Below, one piece after another: positions 7,280 through 15,768 of a stretch of DNA of 64,000 nt; the stretch's first letter is position 1; each line of letters starts with the position of its first letter. Source of the DNA: a virus. A model generated the notes under the pieces. The model made no database searches. It was not told where the DNA came from and saw only the letters and a list, made by a program, of their open reading frames with translations. The stretch lies in the IMG/VR virus record IMGVR_UViG_3300028898_000117. One strand, 5' to 3'. Both the position numbers and the translations under genes were made by a program.

Positions 7280-7809
7280 ACCCAATAATTTATTTGGACT
7301 ACGATGGAGTCTGCGCAAGTCACCAAAGGTGGTCAATCATTGATGCGAATGATACTGGCGATAGGGACACTTCTGAGATTTTGATTTATCAGGCGTGTCC
7401 GTGGGCTATGAGAAACCTCAAGATGTTAGTTGAAAATACAAAGGCAAGCATTGTTATTTCATCCAGCAGACGAAGGAAAACTGCATTGCAGGACTGGCGA
7501 TATTTTTTAAATCACTTTGAAGTTCTTCATAATAGTAAAGTAATTAGCGAAGTAATTGGCATGACAAATCCTGATCTGGACAAAGCCAATGCGATTGTTG
7601 ACTGGCATCGCGAGCATGATAAGGACATCTCTGCTGGCCTTGTGATTGACGATAGCTCATCACTTGAAAAAGCGTTGATGCAAAAAGGAATGGGGCCAAG
7701 CCTAATGTTTTGCAAAACAGACCCCAGAAATGGTTTTTCGTTTAGCGATATGAATTATGCTGCGATGAAATTAAACCCATTGTACAAGTCACCTTTGATT
7801 TTAATGTGA
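7276..7809 (+). CDS. HAD-superfamily protein (HAD_SAK-like)
   Basis: Motifs IIYLDYDGV (DxDGV), IVISSSRRR and LVIDDS resemble the HAD domain associated with RNA-repair proteins. Confidence 0.5.
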   Translation: MNPIIYLDYDGVCASHQRWSIIDANDTGDRDTSEILIYQACPWAMRNLKMLVENTKASIVISSSRRRKTALQDWRYFLNHFEVLHNSKVISEVIGMTNPDLDKANAIVDWHREHDKDISAGLVIDDSSSLEKALMQKGMGPSLMFCKTDPRNGFSFSDMNYAAMKLNPLYKSPLILM

Positions 7810-7816
7810 GGATTGA

Positions 7817-8089
7817 ATGGAAAATACTATTTTGCCATACAAAGGCATGAAAACAGATGGGACTGTCGATGTGGTGATTGAAACTCCAGTCGATCAGAAA
7901 AATTGGCTTACAATTGAAGGCCATGTGACATTGGCAGAACTTGAAAAAAGATACATTGATTACTTGTTAACTTATCACAAGGGACACAAGGCAAAGGTCG
8001 CTCGAATACTTTCTGTATCGACGAAAACCCTGTACAACAAAATCCATGAGTACGGACTATTTGAAAAATACAAAAGAGATCAAATTTAA
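7817..8089 (+). CDS. Fis-type HTH DNA-binding protein
   Basis: The C-terminus LAELEKRYIDYLLTYHKGHKAKVARILSVSTKTLYNKIHEYGL matches the HTH_8 module found at the end of NtrC-type activators. Confidence 0.6.
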   Translation: MENTILPYKGMKTDGTVDVVIETPVDQKNWLTIEGHVTLAELEKRYIDYLLTYHKGHKAKVARILSVSTKTLYNKIHEYGLFEKYKRDQI

Positions 8090-8158
8090 TAACGCATAAA
8101 GCCTACGGTTGAATTTTATTTTTATCCATACCAACATCCTGTTTTAAGGGGAGTGAGT

Positions 8159-8371
8159 ATGAGTAAGAAAAAAGTAACTGCTGCATTTGTTATTGTCAGG
8201 AAAATTGGTGATGAAATTTACGTTCAACGTCACACAGATAGTGGTGCTATTCATTGCAGCGCAAAGCTATCCGAGGCCGAGAGATTTTCAACATTTTTAG
8301 ATGCAAAAGATGTGGTAGAAAAACTGAAATTAGACACGACTATTTGGACAGTCGAAGCAAGGGAGTTTTAA
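8159..8371 (+). CDS. hypothetical protein
   Basis: ATG 8159 lies 6 nt after AAGGGGA, and the stop overlaps the next start as TAATG. Confidence 0.5.
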   Translation: MSKKKVTAAFVIVRKIGDEIYVQRHTDSGAIHCSAKLSEAERFSTFLDAKDVVEKLKLDTTIWTVEAREF

Positions 8372-9012
8372 TGTACGCAGAATGGGCAAGGAAAATTCAT
8401 GAATGCGCGAAGGCAAAAGGATGGTGGGAAAATTATATAACGCCATCAGAATTGGCAATGTTGGTTGTCACTGAGGCAGCGGAGGCCAGTGAAGAGGTTA
8501 GAAACAAAATGCCTGATGTTTATGTGTATGAACAATCTGGCATCAGCCCCCTCAATCCAAAAGGAACAGTTGTAAAAATCGAGGACGTAGATTTTAAGAG
8601 CTTTGTTTATGTGGATGGTGACAAAACTATGCTTAAACCTCATGGTGAGCTATCAGAAATTGCTGATGTAGTTATTCGAGCACTAAATTGGCTTCAATAT
8701 TTGAACACAACCAGAGTGAATTTTGAAAACCTTGATTATTTGATGGGTAAAGTTAGCAGCATGATTGGTGAAGAAGATGAGGAGAGATTACGAAAATTAA
8801 AACCATTGGAAATTCACGGAGTAATTTCCGCATCGGCATTGACTATTGCAAACCCTTTTGAATCAGATATTGATGTTGGGGCTATTGCTGGCTGTATTTT
8901 GATTTGCGAGAAGTACTGCAAAATAAAAGGCTGGGATTTGTGGAATATGGTCAACATTAAGCATGAGTACAATTTAACTCGTGAGCAAAGACATGGAGGG
9001 AAGGCTTTATGA
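8371..9012 (+). CDS. MazG-like nucleotide pyrophosphohydrolase
   Basis: The stretch AKAKGWWEN...ELAMLVVTEAAEASEEVR matches the MazG EExxE helix. ATG 8371 is in frame with track ORF 8254 and avoids overlap with 8159..8371. Confidence 0.6.
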   Translation: MYAEWARKIHECAKAKGWWENYITPSELAMLVVTEAAEASEEVRNKMPDVYVYEQSGISPLNPKGTVVKIEDVDFKSFVYVDGDKTMLKPHGELSEIADVVIRALNWLQYLNTTRVNFENLDYLMGKVSSMIGEEDEERLRKLKPLEIHGVISASALTIANPFESDIDVGAIAGCILICEKYCKIKGWDLWNMVNIKHEYNLTREQRHGGKAL

Positions 9013-9332
9013 AATACCACGTTACTTATAAGCACAGACAGGTTGTGACCATGGTTGCAACAGTTGAGGCGAATTCACCAGAAGAGGCTGTCGCTGCTGT
9101 TCACACTGGCGACATTATTGATGAGAATGAAACCAATACAGAAGGCGAGGAAATTTTCGATGAAAGTGCTGTCCTTGCTCCAGCAGAAGAAGAAGGATTG
9201 CCATTGGGCGATGAAGGCGAGGAAGTGGATGCATCTTACACTGTAGTTGACGACGATGATGCTTTTGAAGATGTTGACGACGACGATGATGATGATGATG
9301 ATGATGATTGCGATGATGAAGGCTGCTTTTAA
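9009..9332 (+). CDS. highly acidic protein with poly-Asp tail
   Basis: 107 aa. The C-terminal half is almost entirely D/E and ends DVDDDDDDDDDDDCDDEGCF. Confidence 0.6.
   Translation: MKYHVTYKHRQVVTMVATVEANSPEEAVAAVHTGDIIDENETNTEGEEIFDESAVLAPAEEEGLPLGDEGEEVDASYTVVDDDDAFEDVDDDDDDDDDDDCDDEGCF
9276..9308 (+). repeat. (GAC)3(GAT)8 trinucleotide tract encoding Asp11
   Basis: Read directly from the sequence. The eight consecutive GAT units span 9285..9308. Confidence 0.9.
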
Positions 9333-9583
9333 TGGCACAGAAGTATTCAGATGTGCAGTACATGGACCCATTGAGCGAGGCTGAAGTTAAAGTCGCAGCT
9401 CTTGTGGTCACTGGAATGTCCAATCATGAAATTGCAAGTCAGCTAAAGATCACAGAGAAAACGGTTAAGTTTCATTTGACCAGGATTTATAAAAAAACAG
9501 GACACAATACAACCTTGAGTCCAAGATCAAAGTTCATTGTGCATTTTAAAGATCATGGTAGCTATTATTTGGAGGGGAAATGA
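9332..9583 (+). CDS. LuxR/GerE-type HTH regulator (stand-alone)
   Basis: The stretch LSEAEVKVAALVVTGMSNHEIASQLKITEKTVKFHLTRIYKK is a canonical GerE HTH. Confidence 0.7.
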   Translation: MAQKYSDVQYMDPLSEAEVKVAALVVTGMSNHEIASQLKITEKTVKFHLTRIYKKTGHNTTLSPRSKFIVHFKDHGSYYLEGK

Positions 9584-9813
9584 GCGAAGAACAAGTGTCA
9601 CCGGAAGAACAAAAAAAGCGCGAGGCACAAGCTGGAGCTGTGTTTGATATGATCATTGCTGGTATGCTGGATGCAGCTACTACAAGACATTTGTCGCAGT
9701 TTAAAACAATAATTGTCCCGCCATGGATGACAAGACCAGTTCCGGTCAGGATTATCATAGTTCCTGAAACAATGGACATGGAATATTCAAAGCCTTTGGA
9801 GAGAAAAACTTGA
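9580..9813 (+). CDS. hypothetical protein
   Basis: 77-aa ORF with ATGA coupling to the LuxR-type gene. Confidence 0.5.
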   Translation: MSEEQVSPEEQKKREAQAGAVFDMIIAGMLDAATTRHLSQFKTIIVPPWMTRPVPVRIIIVPETMDMEYSKPLERKT

Positions 9814-9941
9814 GTCGATGCACAGGACAGTGCTGCAAGGATTTTATTTTACCTTTTAGCCCAGAGGACATTGAGCGGTACAAAAAAGGTCTAGCAGCTA
9901 GGGAGTTTGCCGTTCATCCATAGTACCATTAAGCATGGACA

Positions 9942-10208
9942 ATGGAGATTTGCCCTGGCCAAAAAAAAGCAGTACATTTTGAGCAATATGTTGTCGTGAA
10001 ATGCTTTGTTGGCAACAGACTGGCTGGGTTTATTAAAATCATTCAAAACGAAGATGCTACCTATGACTGGCGCGTGTACCGAGCGTACATGAGTAACGAG
10101 CAGCTTATGATGCCAGAAGGAATGTATTTAACCAGTAACAAAATCCCGCATAAACACTTGATTGACGCTCTCATTGAGGCTAAAGCTATGGCATTGGACT
10201 GGCTTTAG
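9942..10208 (+). CDS. hypothetical protein
   Basis: 88-aa ORF with no domain recognised. Confidence 0.5.
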   Translation: MEICPGQKKAVHFEQYVVVKCFVGNRLAGFIKIIQNEDATYDWRVYRAYMSNEQLMMPEGMYLTSNKIPHKHLIDALIEAKAMALDWL

Positions 10209-10213
10209 GGGGA

Positions 10214-10867
10214 ATGATGAAGGGCTTTCAGAGAAAAGATTTTTTTCAGTGGTTAAGTGAGTGCGGCATTGATACTCAGCAGGTTGTCGATGAGTGCAAA
10301 AAGCATCCAGATGTGTTCATGGGCTTTGACTATGAGGTAACTGATGAAAGTCTTAGCACCTTGCCAATGCAGGTGATGTTTCACGCAAAATATGTCTCAG
10401 AAAGTCAGCTTTTGAAAATGCAGGACGTGACAGTTACCTATATCAATAAAGACAAGGACGGCAACAAAAAGCCAGGACCACCACATCATGCAGTTCAACT
10501 GGTAAAGAGAAAAGACGGTTCATTTGTTGCGAAAATGGACGCTGAAATACAGGGGCATCCGTTTCATGGCTACCCTAGAAATGCACCTTGTTTTTGCGGG
10601 AGCGGAAAAAAGTATAAAAAGTGCCATTTCTTAGAGATTCCAGCCTATTGCTTGAACAAGGACTACAAAAATTTAAAAGCATATTTTGACATGATGATAC
10701 AGAAATTGGAGACTTTAAATCATGAGCAATTTAACGAATACTGCCGCAGCCTCTACCAAGCAACCAATAGTGGTAAACCTAGTGGAGAGAGCATGCGTGG
10801 TGTGCAAGACGAGAAAGTTTCGGGTGTCCCAGACAAGCAAGCAGGTGACGTGCAGCAGTCTGTGTGA
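10214..10867 (+). CDS. SEC-C motif protein
   Basis: It contains the CFCGSGKKYKKCH metal-binding SEC-C motif and has a GGGGGA RBS. Its last ~48 codons overlap the next gene. Confidence 0.55.
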   Translation: MMKGFQRKDFFQWLSECGIDTQQVVDECKKHPDVFMGFDYEVTDESLSTLPMQVMFHAKYVSESQLLKMQDVTVTYINKDKDGNKKPGPPHHAVQLVKRKDGSFVAKMDAEIQGHPFHGYPRNAPCFCGSGKKYKKCHFLEIPAYCLNKDYKNLKAYFDMMIQKLETLNHEQFNEYCRSLYQATNSGKPSGESMRGVQDEKVSGVPDKQAGDVQQSV

Positions 10868-11894
10868 GCGTGAGTTATCAGAAGCACATAATGAAAAAAT
10901 CTTAAAAGAAAATAAACGAGTCGTCGTATCAAAAAACTTCAGGACTGCTCATAAGCGTCAACAGCCATTAAAGTTCAATGCAGAGGGCGATGTTGTAGAT
11001 GATGCTGGACAGGACCTCACCGAACCTGTTTACCATTACAGGCCAGAGTACGCGATCAGTGAATCGTTAGCTAAAGGCAAGAAGGAGAACGAGGACTTTA
11101 TGGAAAATGTACAGATCAATATTGGCGATAAGGTTATAAAACCAGCATTTACAAAAACCGAAAAAATTTCCAAAATCGTAAACAAAATTGACGTAACTAC
11201 GCGAAGACAGGTCGAAGAGAACAATAAAATTGCTAAAGATTCGCAACAAATAAAGCCAACTATTTTCGCGAAAAAAGCTGTATCTGAAGAACTCACTGTG
11301 CATGGAAATCCAAAGCGTCGTCGAGGCGATGAAGTATTATTTAAGCACGACGATAAGGACAGCCTTGAAAAGAAGTGGTTATTTTATGTCGAGCAGGGGC
11401 AAAAAATCGTTGAGAGCATGGGGCAAGATAGGCTTAAGGTTGCCGAGCTTGCAATTGCAGCTTGCGATATAGCTCATGGCGGCGGCAATCACTGGAAGAA
11501 GTTTGAGGGCGTTTATACGCTCAATCGTTTTGCAAAAGAAATTGGCGTGTCTTACAAAACCTTACACAACTGGGTGAGGATTAAGCGAAACGTGTACGAC
11601 AAACTTGTCGAGGTTGGAGCGAAGCCAGATGCCACAACTCAATGGCATGTGATGAGTTCGGTCGCAAGCAGGTGCAAGGCTGATGAAAAACCAAAAGAGG
11701 TTCTTGCTAAGTTTGAAAAATGGGACGTGAAAAAGGACTTCAATCACCAAAGATACCTCATGCAAGCCTTGAGGAAATTTCGCACGTTCAGGTTTTATGT
11801 TGAAAAGAAAAGCCCTGACAAAAAATTATTTGATGCTGGGGATTTAGCTGAAATGAAAGATCACATTGCAGTAATAGGTAAATGGATTAAGTGA
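10722..11894 (+). CDS. zinc-ribbon plus HTH DNA-binding protein
   Basis: A zinc ribbon CVVCKTRKF...CSSLC sits near the N-terminus. An HTH-like segment YTLNRFAKEIGVSYKTLHNWVRIK sits in the C-terminal half. Confidence 0.55.
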   Translation: MSNLTNTAAASTKQPIVVNLVERACVVCKTRKFRVSQTSKQVTCSSLCERELSEAHNEKILKENKRVVVSKNFRTAHKRQQPLKFNAEGDVVDDAGQDLTEPVYHYRPEYAISESLAKGKKENEDFMENVQINIGDKVIKPAFTKTEKISKIVNKIDVTTRRQVEENNKIAKDSQQIKPTIFAKKAVSEELTVHGNPKRRRGDEVLFKHDDKDSLEKKWLFYVEQGQKIVESMGQDRLKVAELAIAACDIAHGGGNHWKKFEGVYTLNRFAKEIGVSYKTLHNWVRIKRNVYDKLVEVGAKPDATTQWHVMSSVASRCKADEKPKEVLAKFEKWDVKKDFNHQRYLMQALRKFRTFRFYVEKKSPDKKLFDAGDLAEMKDHIAVIGKWIK

Positions 11895-12436
11895 CTCTCG
11901 AAGAGGCTTTGAAATTAGTCACTCCAGCAAAACTTGTGATGCCAGGAGAGATGGCAAGATCAATACTCGATAAGCATATACACCAAAGGCACCTTAATCT
12001 GTCAGAGCTTGAGGTGTATAATAATACATGTGCTTGGTGTAACGAAAATCGCATCAAACCACCGAAAAAGAAGTACTGCTCAGAAGTATGCATAGAATCA
12101 GCACTGGTTTATTGCCAACCTCAATCACCAAAAACAAAAGCCCTACTCTTTATTCATTGGCAACAGTGTGCATGCGCCATGTGTGGGACCTCGTATGAGG
12201 ATGAAATTATTCAAATTATTAAGGAAAAGTATGAACACGTTTTGTATTGGAAAAGGCGCGGGTATTATAACTGGACCGATCTTGTTACTTTCCACATGAT
12301 CGGAGATAATACAGGACATCTGTGGCAAGTTGATCATAAGGTCCCGATTTTTAAGGGCGGCGAAGGAATAGGGCTTAGGAACCTTCAGATACTTTGTGTT
12401 GATTGCCACAAGAAAAAAACCGTGGAGGAAAGATGA
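11891..12436 (+). CDS. HNH endonuclease
   Basis: The stretch WQVDHKVPIFKGGEGIGLRNLQILCVDCHKKKT is an HNH core, with upstream Cys pairs CAWC and CAMC. Confidence 0.75.
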   Translation: MTLEEALKLVTPAKLVMPGEMARSILDKHIHQRHLNLSELEVYNNTCAWCNENRIKPPKKKYCSEVCIESALVYCQPQSPKTKALLFIHWQQCACAMCGTSYEDEIIQIIKEKYEHVLYWKRRGYYNWTDLVTFHMIGDNTGHLWQVDHKVPIFKGGEGIGLRNLQILCVDCHKKKTVEER

Positions 12437-13107
12437 GCACTAAATTAAAGCATTGGATAAGATTTCATTTACTTCGTTTAGCACAACCTGTTTTGGAGCA
12501 AATTTCGCATTATGCATTTCGCATCGGCAACACTGAACCAGAGGTCACTGGGGAGTTTTACGAATTCGTGCGAACAGTTTTAAAGCCAGGGGACATTTTT
12601 GTGTCCAGAGAAGATGGTAAGCCTATTAATGTTTTAATCCCTGGTTTCTGGTCTCATGTCGCATTGTGGGCATACGATCAAAAAGGACGACCAAAAGTTA
12701 TCGAGGCAGTTGGAGTGGGAGTCAGACCACAACACTTATCGCAATGGATACTCCAGAAAGATCATGTGCTTGTTTTGCGTGATGAAAATTACACTGATGA
12801 GCTTGGTGAAGAAGTAGCAGAAGAGGCCGTTAACACAATTGGTGCGCCATACGACTACGATCTCTTGAGTGGAAATAAAGCTTGGTATTGCGCTGAAATT
12901 GGATGGTTCTTCTGGGATAAAGTAAAAGCAATTCATGGGATAGTGAATCGTTTCGTGCCACGCGAAACATTCGGAGTACTCACTGTCAGCCCTCAAGACT
13001 TCGCAAGCGCAGCAAAGGACGGAAAATTCAAAGTCATTGCTTTGTTTGGTGGAGAAAAGGATAAAAACGGAAATCCAGTGCTTGTTGCGCCTTCTTACGA
13101 CGCATAA
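12433..13107 (+). CDS. YiiX/YaeF-like permuted papain-fold peptidase
   Basis: Motifs are PGDIFVSRE, WSHVALW, IEAVGVGV and YDYDL...WYCAEIGW. A GGAGGA RBS precedes ATG 12433. Confidence 0.5.
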   Translation: MSTKLKHWIRFHLLRLAQPVLEQISHYAFRIGNTEPEVTGEFYEFVRTVLKPGDIFVSREDGKPINVLIPGFWSHVALWAYDQKGRPKVIEAVGVGVRPQHLSQWILQKDHVLVLRDENYTDELGEEVAEEAVNTIGAPYDYDLLSGNKAWYCAEIGWFFWDKVKAIHGIVNRFVPRETFGVLTVSPQDFASAAKDGKFKVIALFGGEKDKNGNPVLVAPSYDA

Positions 13108-13169
13108 GCTAAATGCTTGCTTCATTCGCCCTTCTTGATACTGTTTGACTGCAATACGAAGGAGGACGA

Positions 13170-13715
13170 ATGAAGAAAACAAGTATTGACCGTCTTGATG
13201 GAACCAAAGGGTACAAATTAACCAACACAAAAGAAATGTCAGAGGAAGTGGTTGAAGAATCACTCGAGTTTGTTTTGACTGAAGAGGACTTTTCAGAAAA
13301 AGGCAAAGAGGCTGGTAAGCTTGGTGGTGAGCTGAACAAGATCAACAATGATTTTGATTTGGTAAAAAAGGAATGGAAGGACAAAATTGAAAGCAAAGAG
13401 CATGAGCTTGAGTCAGTCCTTCGCACTATCCGTGATGGTAAAGAAAAACGAAAAGTGAAGTGCGTTAAGCAAAAAGACTTCCAGAATTACACAGTGAATT
13501 GGATTTTTGATGGTGAAGTAATGCATTCACGACCAATGGAGCTGCATGAGCGCCAGATGGAGTTAAAAGTAGTCAATGCTGGAGCAGCGACAAGCAGAGA
13601 GACAGAGAAAAAGGCAATCGCCGAGCAGCTTGTAGTTGGCCAGGCAAATGATGTTCGAGATGTGATGAGAGAGGAAACAAACCGCAAAACCAAGCGCGAT
13701 CACAGCACAGGTTGA
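13170..13715 (+). CDS. coiled-coil protein
   Basis: 181 aa, E/K-rich with heptad-like stretches, and an AGGAGG RBS. Confidence 0.55.
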   Translation: MKKTSIDRLDGTKGYKLTNTKEMSEEVVEESLEFVLTEEDFSEKGKEAGKLGGELNKINNDFDLVKKEWKDKIESKEHELESVLRTIRDGKEKRKVKCVKQKDFQNYTVNWIFDGEVMHSRPMELHERQMELKVVNAGAATSRETEKKAIAEQLVVGQANDVRDVMREETNRKTKRDHSTG

Positions 13716-13716
13716 T

Positions 13717-13944
13717 ATGTGGAATAAACTTTCACGGAAGAAACCAAAACCTAATCAAAGGGTCCTCATTTTCAGAGAAGGAGTGGGGGCCGTCGGAAAC
13801 AAATGGGAACACATTGATATTGCTTTTTACACAAGGCACCCATCAGATAAACGACAAATGTGTTTTGCAAATCAAATAGAAGATCATAGCGCCTGGGTGT
13901 ACGACAGCGTGACCTATTGGCAGGAGCTACCGGAGAGACCATGA
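13717..13944 (+). CDS. DUF551-like protein
   Basis: The sequence MWNKLSRKKPKPNQRVLIF...VTYWQELPERP follows the DUF551 pattern (W...P...vL...thWmpLPepP). Confidence 0.45.
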   Translation: MWNKLSRKKPKPNQRVLIFREGVGAVGNKWEHIDIAFYTRHPSDKRQMCFANQIEDHSAWVYDSVTYWQELPERP

Positions 13945-14495
13945 GTAAACTTTTACGACAAATTGATCGGAAAAATATTGTTATACAAGATGATTTTCTC
14001 GATCTAAACGACAGCCTTCGCATTGCAAGGTATGTACGAGAGGAAGAGAAGTTTCAACCAGCGACAAACGATTGGAACTCGTTAAAGTATTGGCATCCTC
14101 TTGATGGAAACGTAATGAAATCAAAACCTTACACTGAATATGAGCACATGCCAGCTATCTATCAAAAAGTAGTAGATATACTCCAAAAAGAAGTAGGTAC
14201 AAATTTGTTCAAATTCACATTTTCAGCCTTCGCTTATACGGCTGGATCTGGATTTAATTATCATGATGATGGCAACGCTATCCTTGCTTGTGTGCTTTAT
14301 TTGAATGATTGGAAACCAGAATGGGGCGGGGAGCTTGTTACATACTCACCTGATGAAAAAATTGGGATGAGTATTGTACCTAAAAAAAATCGCATGGTGT
14401 TTATCAGAAAAGGTGTAAAGCATAAAATTGTGCCAGTTCATCCAAGTGCTGGTTACAACACAAGATATGCATTAGCTGGGTTTTTCCATGAATGA
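13941..14495 (+). CDS. 2OG-Fe(II) oxygenase (prolyl-4-hydroxylase-like)
   Basis: Motifs are YHDDG (HxD), WGGEL, VKHKIVPV (distal His) and RYALAGFF. ATG 13941 has a GGAGAG RBS and ATGA coupling. Confidence 0.6.
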   Translation: MSKLLRQIDRKNIVIQDDFLDLNDSLRIARYVREEEKFQPATNDWNSLKYWHPLDGNVMKSKPYTEYEHMPAIYQKVVDILQKEVGTNLFKFTFSAFAYTAGSGFNYHDDGNAILACVLYLNDWKPEWGGELVTYSPDEKIGMSIVPKKNRMVFIRKGVKHKIVPVHPSAGYNTRYALAGFFHE

Positions 14496-14856
14496 AATGA
14501 AATTCACAGTTTTAATCATGGACGGCAAGCATTCAGAGAAAGAAATCGTTATCACAAAGGATAATGTGAAATTTTCGCCGTATGTGCATGTCTTACGGAA
14601 CTTTAGGGCAAATGTAATACAGGATAGGCTTGGTCTTGCTAAATTGCATGTCGAGGGCGATAACCTCATTGCTAGTTGGACACCGCCAGGAAAATTGCCG
14701 AAGGATTTTTATTTGTACGCCTCTGTTGGAGGGGTGATTGATGCGGCAAACAAAACATTTCACATCAAGGAAATCGGCATAACCACTGAAAAGAACCAGG
14801 ATGAGAGAATTGGTCCAATTAATCCCGAGGCGACAAATGGCAAGCCAACCACCTGA
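14488..14856 (+). CDS. hypothetical protein
   Basis: 122-aa ORF with no domain recognised. Confidence 0.55.
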   Translation: MNEMKFTVLIMDGKHSEKEIVITKDNVKFSPYVHVLRNFRANVIQDRLGLAKLHVEGDNLIASWTPPGKLPKDFYLYASVGGVIDAANKTFHIKEIGITTEKNQDERIGPINPEATNGKPTT

Positions 14857-15139
14857 TGAAAAGACGTTTAAATATTTCCACGACAGCGTAATGAATAGCC
14901 TTAAATCAGTACAAAAAAAGCCATTAACTGAAGAAATGGTTGTTTTGTGCGAGGAAATAGCCCAGTCACAATGGATGTGTAGGAAATTATTAGTTGCTCT
15001 TGATGAGCAAAAGCATAAAATAGTTGAGTTGGAGGAAAAATATGCCGCAATGGTTAGACAGTTTGCTCAAGATAGCCGACACCCTTCTAGCTCCGAGTCC
15101 AGCGCAATCGCAACAGATCAATCAAGCAATAAATCCTAA
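14837..15139 (+). CDS. hypothetical protein
   Basis: This uses an internal ATG of track ORF 14801..15139. The start is uncertain, and the 3' end overlaps the next gene by about 98 nt. Confidence 0.4.
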   Translation: MASQPPDEKTFKYFHDSVMNSLKSVQKKPLTEEMVVLCEEIAQSQWMCRKLLVALDEQKHKIVELEEKYAAMVRQFAQDSRHPSSSESSAIATDQSSNKS

Positions 15140-15767
15140 CGGCAAGCCATGGGAGCAGAGAGGTTTATCGACCGACACTGCTATTGAAATGCTTGGCAAG
15201 CTCAGTGATTATTTATCATCACTCAATATTCATGAAGAAGGTGGAGACAACAAAGGCCCTTGGGTTGAGCGTTTTCAAAAAGCCGTTGATGGTAAAGCGC
15301 AGGGAGAGCCGTGGTGCTTGGCCGCTGTGCAATTTCAATTTAATCCTCAGTCGTGGAAGGATAGTTTTTTTTCGTCAAACCCTTTAGCTAGCATCTTATT
15401 GGGGTATTCGCCCGATCAAATTGGGGTATTATTGGACTGCTTTTTACCCTATTGTCATAAGAATCTAAAGCAGACAGAGCTTTGTATGGACCTTTGGCAA
15501 TCAACTCCAGAGCAGTTTAAATCAGCGACTCCAGTGAAGGGGGCAATCTGTATCTGGCAATTTAATCAATCAATGCAAGGCCATGCTGGGCGCGTGAGGG
15601 CTATTGATGAGAATGGTCCTGGTTGGATGATGACTTGGGAGGGAAATACCAGCCCATCTAATGCAACGATTGAACGCGAAGGCGATGGTTTTTACACAAA
15701 GCTTCGCAGATATGATATTGTAAATCCGAAAATGACACTTAAAGGTTTTATTGTTCCTTGGAGGTAA
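15042..15767 (+). CDS. CHAP/NlpC-P60-like cell-wall hydrolase (TIGR02594-like, endolysin candidate)
   Basis: The motifs EEGGDNKGPWVERFQ...GEPWCLAAVQF (catalytic Cys context) and MQGHAGRVRAI (His) are present. A GGAGGA RBS precedes ATG 15042. Confidence 0.5.
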   Translation: MPQWLDSLLKIADTLLAPSPAQSQQINQAINPNGKPWEQRGLSTDTAIEMLGKLSDYLSSLNIHEEGGDNKGPWVERFQKAVDGKAQGEPWCLAAVQFQFNPQSWKDSFFSSNPLASILLGYSPDQIGVLLDCFLPYCHKNLKQTELCMDLWQSTPEQFKSATPVKGAICIWQFNQSMQGHAGRVRAIDENGPGWMMTWEGNTSPSNATIEREGDGFYTKLRRYDIVNPKMTLKGFIVPWR

Positions 15768-15768
15768 C

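Noticed and set aside
8254-8370. N-terminal extension of the MazG-like ORF given in the track
   Set aside because: The extension overlaps 8159..8371 in another frame. ATG 8371 gives TAATG coupling, and the MazG-like domain starts right after it.
9810-9923. 38-codon TTG-initiated ORF (LSRCTGQCCKDFILPFSPEDIERY...) resembling the N-terminus of CxxCxxCC (YkgJ-type) proteins, possibly a pseudogene next to an A8 tract at 9960..9967
   Set aside because: The match is too short, uses a non-ATG start without an RBS, and fits the motif only partially. I could not reconstruct a longer frame across the stop.
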